A stretch of DNA of 64,000 bases, taken from NCBI GenBank assembly GCA_963842945.1, contig CAWJIM010000004.1, positions 32,001 through 96,000 of the forward strand. The letters are read 5' to 3'. A program made the position numbers and the translations under genes. Position 1 is the first letter of the stretch. Each line of letters opens with the position of its first letter. This DNA is from an uncultured Gemmatimonadales bacterium (GTDB taxonomy: Bacteria; Gemmatimonadota; Gemmatimonadetes; Gemmatimonadales; GWC2-71-9). The notes under the pieces were generated by a model that was given only the letters and a program-made list of their open reading frames with translations, was not told the DNA's origin and did no database searches. Below are positions 11,497 through 20,319 of this stretch, in pieces.

Positions 11497-13047
11497 ATGC
11501 AGCTGGTACGCCTGGTTGAGACATCGAGGCGGGTCTCCGAAACCAGCGGCAGGCTGGAGAAGATCGGACAGCTCGCCGCTCTGCTGAGCAACCTGTCTCC
11601 CGAAGAAATCGATATTGCGGTTGCCTTCCTGTCCGGATCCTACCGACAACAGAAGCTCAACATCGGCTACGCCGCGCTGCAGGCCGCCTCGCGGGGTAAT
11701 GCGGCGGAGCTGCCCAGCCTCGAGCTCACGGAGGTGGATGCGATCTTTGAACGGATTGCCAGAGTGCCCCCGGGTAAAGGCTCCACGGCCGAGCGCCAGC
11801 GCCTCCTGGGTGAGCTCTTCGCCCGGGCGACGGCGGCAGAGCAGGATTTCCTGTTCCGGCTGGTGGTGGGGGAGCTCCGGCAGGGCGCGGTCGAGGGGCT
11901 GATGCTCGAGGCGGTAGCGAGGGCAGCCCAGGTCCCGCCGGAGGAGGTGCGACGGGCCCGGATGATGGCTGGGGATCTCCCCAGCGTAGCCCGGACAGCG
12001 CTGACCGGTGGCCGGAGTGCCCTGAGCGCCTTTGCCACTCAGCTCTTTCGGCCGCTGCACCCGATGCTCGCGGGCTCCGCCGATGCTCCCGAGCTGGCGA
12101 TGAATGAGCTGGGAGAGGCCCTGCTGGAGTACAAGCTCGACGGCGCGCGCATCCAGGTGCACAAGGCCGGAGAGCAGGTTGCGGTCTATTCCCGCCGGCT
12201 GAACGATGTCACCGCCGCGGTACCGGAGCTGGTCGCAGCCGTGCGAGCGCTACCGGCCCGGGAGCTCATTCTGGACGGAGAGGTCATCGCGCTCCGGCCC
12301 GACGGGACACCGTACCCGTTTCAGATTACCATGAGCCGGTTTGGCCGAAAGCTCGACATCGAGCGCCTGCACCGCGAGCTGCCGCTCACTCCTTTCTTCT
12401 TCGATCTGCTTTACGCCGATGGCGGCGCCCTGATCGACCAGGCGGCGCGTCAGCGACTCTCCACCTTGTCGGAGATGGTCCCTCCCTCAATGGTGGTTCC
12501 CCGCCTGGTGACTGGGTCCACCGAGGAGGCAACTCGCTTCCTTCAGACCGCGATGGAGCGGGGACATGAAGGCATCATGGCGAAAGCTCTGGACGCGCCG
12601 TATCAGGCGGGACACCGGGGACGGCATTGGCTCAAGGTAAAGCCGGCTAACACGCTCGATCTCGTGGTGCTGGCGGCAGAGTGGGGACACGGGCGGCGGC
12701 ACGGCTGGCTCAGCAATCTTCATCTGGGCGCCCGGAACCCAACCGATGGCGGCTTCGTAATGCTGGGGAAGACCTTCAAGGGCATGACCGATGAGATGCT
12801 CGAGTGGCAGACCAGGCGGCTCTTGGAGCTGGAGCTGGCCCGGGACGGGATCACGGTCTACGTTCGGCCCGAGCTGGTGGTTGAGGTGGCGTTCAATGAG
12901 GTCCAGGGGAGCACGCAGTATCCTGGTGGGGTGGCGCTTCGCTTCGCCCGAATCAAACGATATCGAAGCGACAAGACCGCGGACCAGGCAGACACCATAG
13001 GCACCGTGCAGGAGCTCTACCGGCGCTTGACCGGAATCGAGCTCTGA
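11497..13047 (+). CDS. ATP-dependent DNA ligase (LigB/archaeal-type)
   Basis: EYKLDGAR (motif I), ILDGE, FFDLL, EGIMAK, WLKVK and LRFARIKRYRSDK. Confidence 0.93.
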   Translation: MQLVRLVETSRRVSETSGRLEKIGQLAALLSNLSPEEIDIAVAFLSGSYRQQKLNIGYAALQAASRGNAAELPSLELTEVDAIFERIARVPPGKGSTAERQRLLGELFARATAAEQDFLFRLVVGELRQGAVEGLMLEAVARAAQVPPEEVRRARMMAGDLPSVARTALTGGRSALSAFATQLFRPLHPMLAGSADAPELAMNELGEALLEYKLDGARIQVHKAGEQVAVYSRRLNDVTAAVPELVAAVRALPARELILDGEVIALRPDGTPYPFQITMSRFGRKLDIERLHRELPLTPFFFDLLYADGGALIDQAARQRLSTLSEMVPPSMVVPRLVTGSTEEATRFLQTAMERGHEGIMAKALDAPYQAGHRGRHWLKVKPANTLDLVVLAAEWGHGRRHGWLSNLHLGARNPTDGGFVMLGKTFKGMTDEMLEWQTRRLLELELARDGITVYVRPELVVEVAFNEVQGSTQYPGGVALRFARIKRYRSDKTADQADTIGTVQELYRRLTGIEL

Positions 13048-13072
13048 CACAATCGATCGCGGGAGAAATCAG

Positions 13073-14089
13073 ATGCGCGTAACGCTTTCGGCGGTTTCCG
13101 CTCTTCTTGGCTTGTTGCCGCAATGGTCTCGTCCGGCCATTGCCCTGGCTCAGGTGCCCATCAAGGAATGGCCGGTTCCGTATTCCAGCTCGCGGCCCCG
13201 TGACCCATACATCGATAGCCAGAACCGCGTCTGGTTTGTGGGACAGGTGGGGAACTACGTCGCCTACCTGGACCCGGCAACTGGCAAGTTCCGGCGCTAC
13301 GAGATCGACGAGGGCACCCTGCCCCACAATCTGATTGTGGATCGGAACGACATGGTCTGGTATGCCGGCAACGGGAACGGGCACATCGGCAAGCTGGATC
13401 CGAAGACCGGCAAGATCACGCGATACCCCATGCCAGATCCCGAGGCGGGCGACCCGCACACCCTGGTCTTCGATAAGAAGGGCGACATCTGGTTCACGGT
13501 GCAGAACGGCAACTTCGTCGGCCGGCTAAATACCGGGACCGGCAAGGTAGATCTGATCAGGGTGGCCACGCCGGGCGCGCGACCCTACGGCATCAAGGTG
13601 GACTCCAAGGGCCGGCCCTGGTTCAACGAATTCGGCAGCGACAAGATCGCCATGGTGGATCCAGCCACGCTCAAGATCCGGGAGTATAGTCTGCCGAACA
13701 GCAAGTCCAGGGGACGGCGCATGGCGATCACCAGCGACGATCGCGTGTGGTACGTCGATTACACCCGCGGCTTCCTCGGCCGGCTCGATCCCGCAACAGA
13801 GCAGTTCAAGGAGTGGGCCTTGCCCGGTGGTCCAGCCGCTCTTCCTTATGCCATGACCTCGGACGACAAGGACCGGATCTGGCTGGTGGAGACCGGTTCT
13901 CAGCCCAACCGCCTGGTGGGTTTCGATCCCAAGACCGAGAAATTCTTCGGGGTCACCCCCATTCCGAGCGGCGGCGGCACTGTGCGGCACATGATGTTCG
14001 ACGAGAAAGGCGGGCAGATCTGGTTCGGCACCGACAACAACACCATCGGCCGGGCGGAGGTCAGCAAGAAGGGTGACATGTCATCCTGA
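13073..14089 (+). CDS. Exported Vgb (virginiamycin B lyase)-like beta-propeller protein
   Basis: Signal peptide; repeated P-[HY]-x-[LI]...G.[IV]W[FY]...IG.LDP.TG blades. Confidence 0.8.
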   Translation: MRVTLSAVSALLGLLPQWSRPAIALAQVPIKEWPVPYSSSRPRDPYIDSQNRVWFVGQVGNYVAYLDPATGKFRRYEIDEGTLPHNLIVDRNDMVWYAGNGNGHIGKLDPKTGKITRYPMPDPEAGDPHTLVFDKKGDIWFTVQNGNFVGRLNTGTGKVDLIRVATPGARPYGIKVDSKGRPWFNEFGSDKIAMVDPATLKIREYSLPNSKSRGRRMAITSDDRVWYVDYTRGFLGRLDPATEQFKEWALPGGPAALPYAMTSDDKDRIWLVETGSQPNRLVGFDPKTEKFFGVTPIPSGGGTVRHMMFDEKGGQIWFGTDNNTIGRAEVSKKGDMSS

Positions 14090-14186
14090 AGGAGGACACG
14101 GGGACTCTACCACCTAAGCGGTCTGCAGGTTACAGTTCCACTCTCGCCTACAGGCCCCCCTCCCAAGTGGCGACAGGAGTGCAACT

Positions 14187-14567
14187 GTGCTGCTCCCGTC
14201 GACGACCATCCTAGTCGTAGATGACAATCCGTATGCCCGCGCTTTCATTGCTGGTGTGCTTCGCGATGGAGGGTACGACGTCGTTGAAGCGCACGATGGA
14301 CCCGAGGCGCTGCGGATGGTACCCACGATGCCAGCGCTTCAACTGCTGGTCACCGATGTGGTGATGCCGGGGCTGAGCGGCTTCGAGCTGGCATCTCATA
14401 TCGTCGCGGCCTGCAATGTGCCGGTTCTCTTCGTGTCTGCCTATCCGCAGAGCGATACCGATATCCCGGGGCCTCTTCTGCAAAAACCTTTCACTCCGGA
14501 AGCCCTGCTGAACGGAGTCGCACAGCTGCTCGCCTGGACCCATCTCTCAGACAAGAGAACGGCCTAG
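14187..14567 (+). CDS. Single-domain response regulator (receiver)
   Basis: ILVVDD, LLVTDVVMPGLSGFEL, VLFVSAY and LQKPFT motifs. Confidence 0.9.
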   Translation: MLLPSTTILVVDDNPYARAFIAGVLRDGGYDVVEAHDGPEALRMVPTMPALQLLVTDVVMPGLSGFELASHIVAACNVPVLFVSAYPQSDTDIPGPLLQKPFTPEALLNGVAQLLAWTHLSDKRTA

Positions 14568-14658
14568 TCGGGCGTTACCGCCTGAGATGGACGGCGTCGC
14601 GCGGCCGCGGCTTCCAAAGTAGCTTTTCGTCGTCCCCCAAAACTCAACCGGAGGCCCC

Positions 14659-15213
14659 ATGGTCAGCCTGGGTTCGCTTTGGCTTCCTATCCTCCTTTCA
14701 GCAGTCTTCGTCTTCATCGCCAGCGCCATCATCCACATGGTCCTCAAGTACCACAACAGGGACTACACCCGTCTGCCCAACGAGGACGCGGTGCGCGGGG
14801 CCATGCGGGGCAGCAAGCCGGCGCAGTACATCATTCCCTACTGCTCCGAGATGAACCAGATGAAGACCCCGGAGATGCAGCAGAAGTACACCGAGGGTCC
14901 GGTGGCGGTGATCAGCGTCATGCAGTCCGGTGTGCCGAACATGGGGAAGTCGCTGACCCAGTGGTTCATCTTCAGCCTGGCGGTGTCGCTGTTTCTCGCC
15001 TACCTCGCAGCGCATGCCATCCCCGCGGGTGCGCCCTACCTGCAGGTATTCCGGATCGTGGGCGCGGCGGGATTTCTGGCCTACGGCGCCAGCCAGGTGC
15101 AGCAATCCATCTGGTGGGGCAAGCCATGGCGGAACACCTGGAAGGACGTGTTCGACGGGCTGGTGTACGGGCTGGTAACAGCGGGGACCTTCGGTTGGCT
15201 CTGGCCGCGGTAA
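14659..15213 (+). CDS. Conserved hypothetical membrane protein
   Basis: GGAGG SD; 4 hydrophobic segments; coding-like codon bias. Confidence 0.75.
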   Translation: MVSLGSLWLPILLSAVFVFIASAIIHMVLKYHNRDYTRLPNEDAVRGAMRGSKPAQYIIPYCSEMNQMKTPEMQQKYTEGPVAVISVMQSGVPNMGKSLTQWFIFSLAVSLFLAYLAAHAIPAGAPYLQVFRIVGAAGFLAYGASQVQQSIWWGKPWRNTWKDVFDGLVYGLVTAGTFGWLWPR

Positions 15214-15232
15214 TCATTTCCGGAGGCGCGTT

Positions 15233-16963
15233 ATGTCAACACTGATGACGAGCCCTATCATCGCGGAGCCCGCCCCAACATCCCAGCCGCAGCTGGATGA
15301 GGTGGTCTCACGGCTCAAGCACGGTGCCCGCAAGTTCGTCGGGCTCTCGCTGGACCAGCGGGTGGAGCTCACCCGCGGCATGCAGACCGGCTATCTCCGC
15401 GTCGCCCAGGCCAGCGTCGAGGCGGCATGCATGGCCAAGGGAATTCGCCTGGGCAGCGCCCTGGAGGGCGAGGAATGGACCCTCGGGCCCTGGTTCGCGG
15501 TGCGGCACCTCCGGCTCCTGCGAGAGTCACTGCTCGGCATCAAGCAGACCGGCAACACCCGGGTGGGAAAGCTGGGGCGCACCGCGGATCAGCGTCTCAC
15601 GGTGCAGGTGTTCCCCGCGGGGTCAATCGACAGTCTTCTGTTTCAGGGAGTTCGGGTAGACGTGCATCTCCAGGCCGGCGTCACCGAGCAGGAGATGGAG
15701 AACTCCCGGGCCCACTTCTACAAGATGCCGGATCATGACGGACGGGTCGTCCTGGTGCTCAGCGGCGGCAACGTGAACGGCACCCCCACCATGGACGTGC
15801 TCACCAAGATGTTCAATGAGGGGAAGGCCTGCATCCTCAAGATGAACCCGGTCAACGCGTACTTGGGGCCATACCTCGAGCAGGCGTTCGCCGACGCCAT
15901 CGGGCAAGGCTACCTGGCGGTGGTGTACGGCGGTGCGCAGGAGGGCTCCTACCTGGCACGCCATCCCGATGTGGATGAGGTGCACCTGACTGGTTCCGAT
16001 ACGACATTCGAGCAGATCGTGTGGGGACCTCCCGGACCGGAGCGCGAGGCCCGAAAGGCGCAGGGGCAACCCTATCTACGCAAGACAGTGACCGCGGAGC
16101 TCGGCAATGTGTCGCCGGTGCTCATCGTGCCGGGGCGCTACACCGACAAAGAGTTGCAGTACCAGGCGGAGGACGTCGCCGCCGGGCTGACCTTCAATGC
16201 GGGATTTGACTGCAACGCCAACAAGGTCCTCATCCTGCCCAAAGGATGGGCTCAACGGGACGCATTCCTCAAGGCGCTCGAGCGGACCCTGTTCAAAGCA
16301 GCGCCCCGGAAGGCCTATTATCCCGGCGCGCACGATCGGTGGCGGCGCTATTCCAGCGGCCGCCGGTCGGTCACCCACTTTGGCCGGGCAAACGACCAGG
16401 TGCTGCCCTGGACCCTGGTACAGGATCTCGACCCCACCAGTCGAGAAGAGAGCGCATTCACCTCCGAGTCGTTCTGCCCGATTCTGTTCGAGACCCAGCT
16501 TGGGAGCGCAGATCCGGTGGAGTATCTCGACAAGGCGGTGAGCTTTGCCAACGAGCGTCTATGGGGAACCCTCTCAGCCGGACTGGTGGTACACCCCCGG
16601 ACGATGAAAGACCCGGTACTGGCGGGCTCGGTCGAGCGATCCATCGCGAATCTCCGGTACGGAACGGTCTGCGTGAACGCCTGGTCCGGATATCTCTTCG
16701 CCTTCGTGACCCCGCCCTGGGGAGCCCACCCCAGCTCCAGTCTGAACGACATCCAGAGCGGGATCGGCTGGGTTCATAACACGCCCATGCTCGAGGGCAT
16801 CGAAAAAGCGGTGCTGCGGCATCCCCTCACCGCGCTGCCCAAACCCGCCTACTTCCCGAGCCACCGGAGTGCTCACCGCCTGATGCCCCGGATGACCAAG
16901 CTGGAAGAGCGCGCGAGCTGGAAGAAGGTTCCTGGTGTGCTGGCGGCGGCGATGAGGGGGTGA
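15233..16963 (+). CDS. Aldehyde dehydrogenase family protein
   Basis: LKMNPVN, VHLTGS, TAELGNVSP, FNAGFDC (catalytic Cys), ESFCP and LRYGTVCVN motifs. Confidence 0.85.
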   Translation: MSTLMTSPIIAEPAPTSQPQLDEVVSRLKHGARKFVGLSLDQRVELTRGMQTGYLRVAQASVEAACMAKGIRLGSALEGEEWTLGPWFAVRHLRLLRESLLGIKQTGNTRVGKLGRTADQRLTVQVFPAGSIDSLLFQGVRVDVHLQAGVTEQEMENSRAHFYKMPDHDGRVVLVLSGGNVNGTPTMDVLTKMFNEGKACILKMNPVNAYLGPYLEQAFADAIGQGYLAVVYGGAQEGSYLARHPDVDEVHLTGSDTTFEQIVWGPPGPEREARKAQGQPYLRKTVTAELGNVSPVLIVPGRYTDKELQYQAEDVAAGLTFNAGFDCNANKVLILPKGWAQRDAFLKALERTLFKAAPRKAYYPGAHDRWRRYSSGRRSVTHFGRANDQVLPWTLVQDLDPTSREESAFTSESFCPILFETQLGSADPVEYLDKAVSFANERLWGTLSAGLVVHPRTMKDPVLAGSVERSIANLRYGTVCVNAWSGYLFAFVTPPWGAHPSSSLNDIQSGIGWVHNTPMLEGIEKAVLRHPLTALPKPAYFPSHRSAHRLMPRMTKLEERASWKKVPGVLAAAMRG

Positions 16964-17017
16964 GGGCAGCGGGGCAGCGGGGCAGCGGGGCAGCGGGGCA
17001 GCGGGGCAGCGGGGCAG
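16964..17017 (+). repeat. Octamer tandem repeat (GGGGCAGC) x~7
   Basis: 5 perfect and 2 near-complete units starting immediately after the ALDH stop codon. Confidence 0.95.
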
Positions 17018-17027
17018 AAAATAGAGT

Positions 17028-17092
17028 GTCATCCTGAGCCTGCGAAGGATCTTGCCCGACCGCGGGAGATCCCTCGCGTGGCTCGGAATGAC
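17028..17092. repeat. GTCAT...ATGAC REP-like palindromic element
   Basis: GTCATCCTGAGCCTGCGAAGGATCT ... AGATCCCTCGCGTGGCTCGGAATGAC forms an imperfect hairpin. Confidence 0.8.
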
Positions 17093-17102
17093 GATTGTTC
17101 TC

Positions 17103-17399
17103 TTAGGCGATGCCCTCTTGTCGCTTGGCCAGGAGGCGCTCGGTGAAGTCGAGGCGCTCCTCTAGCTCGCTGATCCGACTCTCGAGCGAATCGATGTAGT
17201 CCGGCCGATCCTCGGGACGCAGCCGAGAGCTGGGCAGGTCCCTCATCGCGTAACGATCCCCGGGATACCACCCGGTCCAGTTACCTCTCGACCCCACTGC
17301 CACGCAGCGCTCCGACCGCCTCCAGGCACGGTACACGAACCAGAGCACCAGGATCCAAAACAGCATTCCGAAGAAACCCATCTTGTCTCCCTGAGTCAT
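17103..17399 (-). CDS. Small membrane-anchored protein with C-terminal coiled coil
   Basis: N-terminal TM; LESRISELEERLDFTERLL; lies downstream of padR. Confidence 0.7.
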   Translation of the reverse strand: MTQGDKMGFFGMLFWILVLWFVYRAWRRSERCVAVGSRGNWTGWYPGDRYAMRDLPSSRLRPEDRPDYIDSLESRISELEERLDFTERLLAKRQEGIA

Positions 17400-17429
17400 C
17401 GCTGACTCACCAATTCGGTCTGAGAACTC

Positions 17430-18041
17430 TCAGCTTGCCTGTTCCGTCCCACCGCTTCCCTGTCCCGCTGCACTGCCGCCCCAGGCCTGCTCGATCTCGT
17501 CCGCGGCTTTACGCAATATCTCGGCGACGCGTTTCAAGGCGGGATCCTCTGGTCCTCGGCGCCATGCCCGCTTGAAGGTGACACCCGCGAGGTGCACGAA
17601 CGCGCCTTGCAGCTCGCCGATGCCGCCTCCGGTGAAGTCGCGCACCGTCTCCCGCACTCGGTCCAGTATTTCCTCCAGCAGGTCCCGGTGCTGCTCCAGG
17701 TAGCGCTCACCTTCGGGAGTGACGTGATAAACCTTCTTCCCGTCGGTATCGACCGCTCGGACGTAGCCCTCGTCTTCCAGAAGCTGGAGCGTGGGGTACA
17801 CCGTGCCGGCCGAAGGGGTGTAGTAGCCGCCCAACTTCTCCTCCAGCGCCTTGATGACCTCGTAGCCGTGTCGGGGCTTTTCCTTCAACAGCCGGAGGAT
17901 GACGAACTTGACCTCCCCCGACTCGAACATCTGGCTCCGCCGCCGGGGACCCCTCCCTCGGGCTTGCCAGGCGCCGGTCCACCAGCGGCCCCCGAACGGG
18001 AACCCAGGGCCGAACCCCCAATCATCGCGTGGGTTACACAT
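17430..18041 (-). CDS. PadR family transcriptional regulator
   Basis: VILRLLKEKPRHGYEVIK, PSAGTVYPTLQLLEDEG and KKVYHVTPEG motifs. Confidence 0.92.
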   Translation of the reverse strand: MCNPRDDWGFGPGFPFGGRWWTGAWQARGRGPRRRSQMFESGEVKFVILRLLKEKPRHGYEVIKALEEKLGGYYTPSAGTVYPTLQLLEDEGYVRAVDTDGKKVYHVTPEGERYLEQHRDLLEEILDRVRETVRDFTGGGIGELQGAFVHLAGVTFKRAWRRGPEDPALKRVAEILRKAADEIEQAWGGSAAGQGSGGTEQAS

Positions 18042-18083
18042 GCTCTAGCCTCCAATTTGACCAAGATACTGCTTGCGTACTGT

Positions 18084-18122
18084 CTTACGATATATCGTAA
18101 GTAATAGCGTGCGGTTCGTCAA
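18084..18122 (-). promoter_or_regulatory. Sigma70-type promoter of padR with overlapping perfect 18-bp operator
   Basis: Minus-strand TTGACG (18122-18117), 17-bp spacer, TACGAT (18099-18094); perfect palindrome CTTACGATATATCGTAAG at 18084-18101. Confidence 0.8.
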
Positions 18123-18136
18123 TAGCCCGCCACAGC

Positions 18137-18805
18137 TTACCGATTTTGCTTGGGACGGCGCCGCCCCCTACGGGTCTGGTCAGCGGGACGTAGGCACTCC
18201 AGAAGACCACTGAGGAACTCGAGATTGGAGCGCAGCATCGCCGGACTCTGGGCACTCTTGGCCAAGCCGAACGACCCCTCGATCGCTGCCACCAGGAAAG
18301 TCGCCGCCTTTCGGGGATCCAGATCTTTCCGCACCGAGCCCTCGGTTTGGCCTCGCTGCAGCACCTCGGCAAAGCCGTCGGTCCAGGTCTCGAACGTCGC
18401 CGCCACCCTGCGGCGAAACCGCTCGTCCAGCGGAGACATCTCCTGACCCAGATTGTTGAGCGGACAGCCGAGCTCGATCTCATGGGGCTGAAGCTGGGCC
18501 ACTCGGTGCTGCAACATTCCCTGCAAGGCGGTGAGCGGATCGCCCGGCTCCGCCTCGAGCACGCCAAGCCAGCGCTGGAGCAGGAGGTCACTCACCACCT
18601 CATCCACCACGGCGTAGCCGAGCGCAGCCTTGTCGGGAAAGTGGTGGTACAGGGCGCCCTTGGTCACGCCCGCCTGGTCCAGGATGGTGTCCAGGCTCGC
18701 GCCCTGGAATCCTCGGCGATAGATCTCCTTGAAACCGGCCTGAAGCAGCCGTTCCCGAGTGACATCCGGTTGGCGCTTGCGCCGGGGCGCGGATCGCTTG
18801 GCCAT
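18137..18805 (-). CDS. TetR/AcrR family regulator
   Basis: GFQGASLDTILDQAGVTKGALYHHFPDK HTH; GCPLNNL in the C-terminal domain. Confidence 0.93.
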   Translation of the reverse strand: MAKRSAPRRKRQPDVTRERLLQAGFKEIYRRGFQGASLDTILDQAGVTKGALYHHFPDKAALGYAVVDEVVSDLLLQRWLGVLEAEPGDPLTALQGMLQHRVAQLQPHEIELGCPLNNLGQEMSPLDERFRRRVAATFETWTDGFAEVLQRGQTEGSVRKDLDPRKAATFLVAAIEGSFGLAKSAQSPAMLRSNLEFLSGLLECLRPADQTRRGRRRPKQNR

Positions 18806-18824
18806 GTTGCTCCAGGAAGGATTT

Positions 18825-18918
18825 TCGTACCAAATGGTATGTAACGATTCTGCTTTCCCTCTGTCAACCAGCTTGACGGCCCGGGGATCGGCAGCGTATT
18901 ACATACCGGTTGGTATGT
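18825..18918. promoter_or_regulatory. Divergent promoters with two TetR-type operators
   Basis: TCGTACC-AAAT-GGTATGT (18825-18842) and ACATACC-GGTT-GGTATGT (18901-18918); back-to-back -35 boxes TTGACA (minus, 18867-18862) and TTGACG (plus, 18873-18878). Confidence 0.75.
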
Positions 18919-18973
18919 TGGTGCATAAGGAAGCCACATGTTTTCGCCGGAACTCATCTGAGGAGGATGCATC

Positions 18974-19417
18974 ATGGAACACACGATCGTGCATTTCGAG
19001 ATCCCGGCCGATCAGCCGGAGCGCGCGGCCAACTTTTATCGAGAGTTGTTCGGTTGGGACATCAAGCAGTTCGAGGGGTCGGTCGCCGGAGGAATGGAGT
19101 ACTGGATGGTGCGGACTGTCCCAACCGATGGGCAGGGCCGGCCCACCGTGCCGGGCGTCAATGGCGGGTTGATGCGCCGGATGTATCCCAATCAGCCCCT
19201 GGTGCACTACATCAACGTCGAGAGCGTGGACGAGTCGGTCAGCCAGGCGGAGCGGCTGGGTGCCAAGGTCCTGATGGGGAAGACGCCGGTGCCGGGAATG
19301 GGCTGGTTTGCGCAGTTGACGGATACCGAAGGGAACCTGTTCGCCGTCTGGGAAACCGACGCGAGCTCGGCGATGTCGGGGGCAGCCGCGGGGGAGGCCA
19401 GCAATGCTGGGCGGTAA
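18974..19417 (+). CDS. VOC/glyoxalase family protein
   Basis: IVHFEIPA...AANFYRELFGW, NGGLMRR and GWFAQLTDTEGNLFAVWE motifs. Confidence 0.9.
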   Translation: MEHTIVHFEIPADQPERAANFYRELFGWDIKQFEGSVAGGMEYWMVRTVPTDGQGRPTVPGVNGGLMRRMYPNQPLVHYINVESVDESVSQAERLGAKVLMGKTPVPGMGWFAQLTDTEGNLFAVWETDASSAMSGAAAGEASNAGR

Positions 19418-19781
19418 GGAAGCGATGGCGACGGTCGCCGTACGCGACTTGCAGGCCGCGAAGAAGTTCTACGAGGGCACGCTGGGGCTACGGCAGACCG
19501 ATGCGCAAGAACAGGAGGCGGTCACTTACCAGGCCGGGGCCGCCAAGCTCCTGGTGTACCGCTCCCAGTTCGCCGGAAGCAACAAGGCAACCGCGGTCAC
19601 CTGGCTGCTGGGCAGCGAGGTGGAGAAAGTGGTAAAGGGACTCCGAAGCAAGGGGGTTACCTTCGAGCATTATCAGCTGCCGGGCCTCACCCTCAAGGGC
19701 GACATTCACGAGGGTCAAGGCATGCAGGCGGCCTGGTTCAAGGACCCCGACGGCAACATTCACGCGCTGGTCAGCGGCTGA
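19404..19781 (+). CDS. VOC/glyoxalase family protein
   Basis: VAVRDLQAAKKFYEGTLGL and AAWFKDPDGNI motifs. Confidence 0.9.
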   Translation: MLGGKEAMATVAVRDLQAAKKFYEGTLGLRQTDAQEQEAVTYQAGAAKLLVYRSQFAGSNKATAVTWLLGSEVEKVVKGLRSKGVTFEHYQLPGLTLKGDIHEGQGMQAAWFKDPDGNIHALVSG

Positions 19782-19787
19782 GCCTCC

Positions 19788-20291
19788 ATGGTAACCGTCA
19801 ACGACATCCTGCAGGAGCTGGAACAAGAATCCCAGGCCACTCGTCGGGTGCTGGAGCGGTTGCCGGACAACAGGCTCCAATGGAAACCGCATCCAAAGTC
19901 CATGAGCCTGGGTCAACTGGCCATGCACGTGGCCAATCTGCCCGGGGCAATTGCGGAGGTTTCGACCGCCCCATCATTTGATGTGAACACTCCGGTTCCC
20001 CGGCCCGAGGCGGACAGCACCGCCCAGGTTCTCGAAACGTTCGAGGCCAGCATGGTCCGGGCTCGACAGATTCTCGCGGCCATGGACGATGCCGAGCTGT
20101 CTTCGCCCTGGCGAATGATGCAGGGAGATCGCGAGCTTTGGTCAATTCCGCGCGGGGCGTTTCTCCGTTCCGTAATGCTGAACCACTGGTACCATCACCG
20201 TGGCCAGCTCACGGTCTACCTCCGGCAGACCGGTGCGTCGCTGCCTGCGGTGTACGGGGATAGCGCCGATGAAAGGGTGATGCCAGGCTGA
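19788..20291 (+). CDS. DinB/YfiT family protein
   Basis: WKPHPKSMSLGQLAMHVA and NHWYHHRGQLTVYLR (His triad). Confidence 0.9.
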   Translation: MVTVNDILQELEQESQATRRVLERLPDNRLQWKPHPKSMSLGQLAMHVANLPGAIAEVSTAPSFDVNTPVPRPEADSTAQVLETFEASMVRARQILAAMDDAELSSPWRMMQGDRELWSIPRGAFLRSVMLNHWYHHRGQLTVYLRQTGASLPAVYGDSADERVMPG

Positions 20292-20319
20292 TGCGCGCCT
20301 GCGCGCCAGCCATGAAACC

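Noticed and set aside
13073..14089. Bona fide streptogramin resistance gene vgb
   Set aside because: Only fold-level similarity is visible, and the protein has a signal peptide; activity cannot be inferred.
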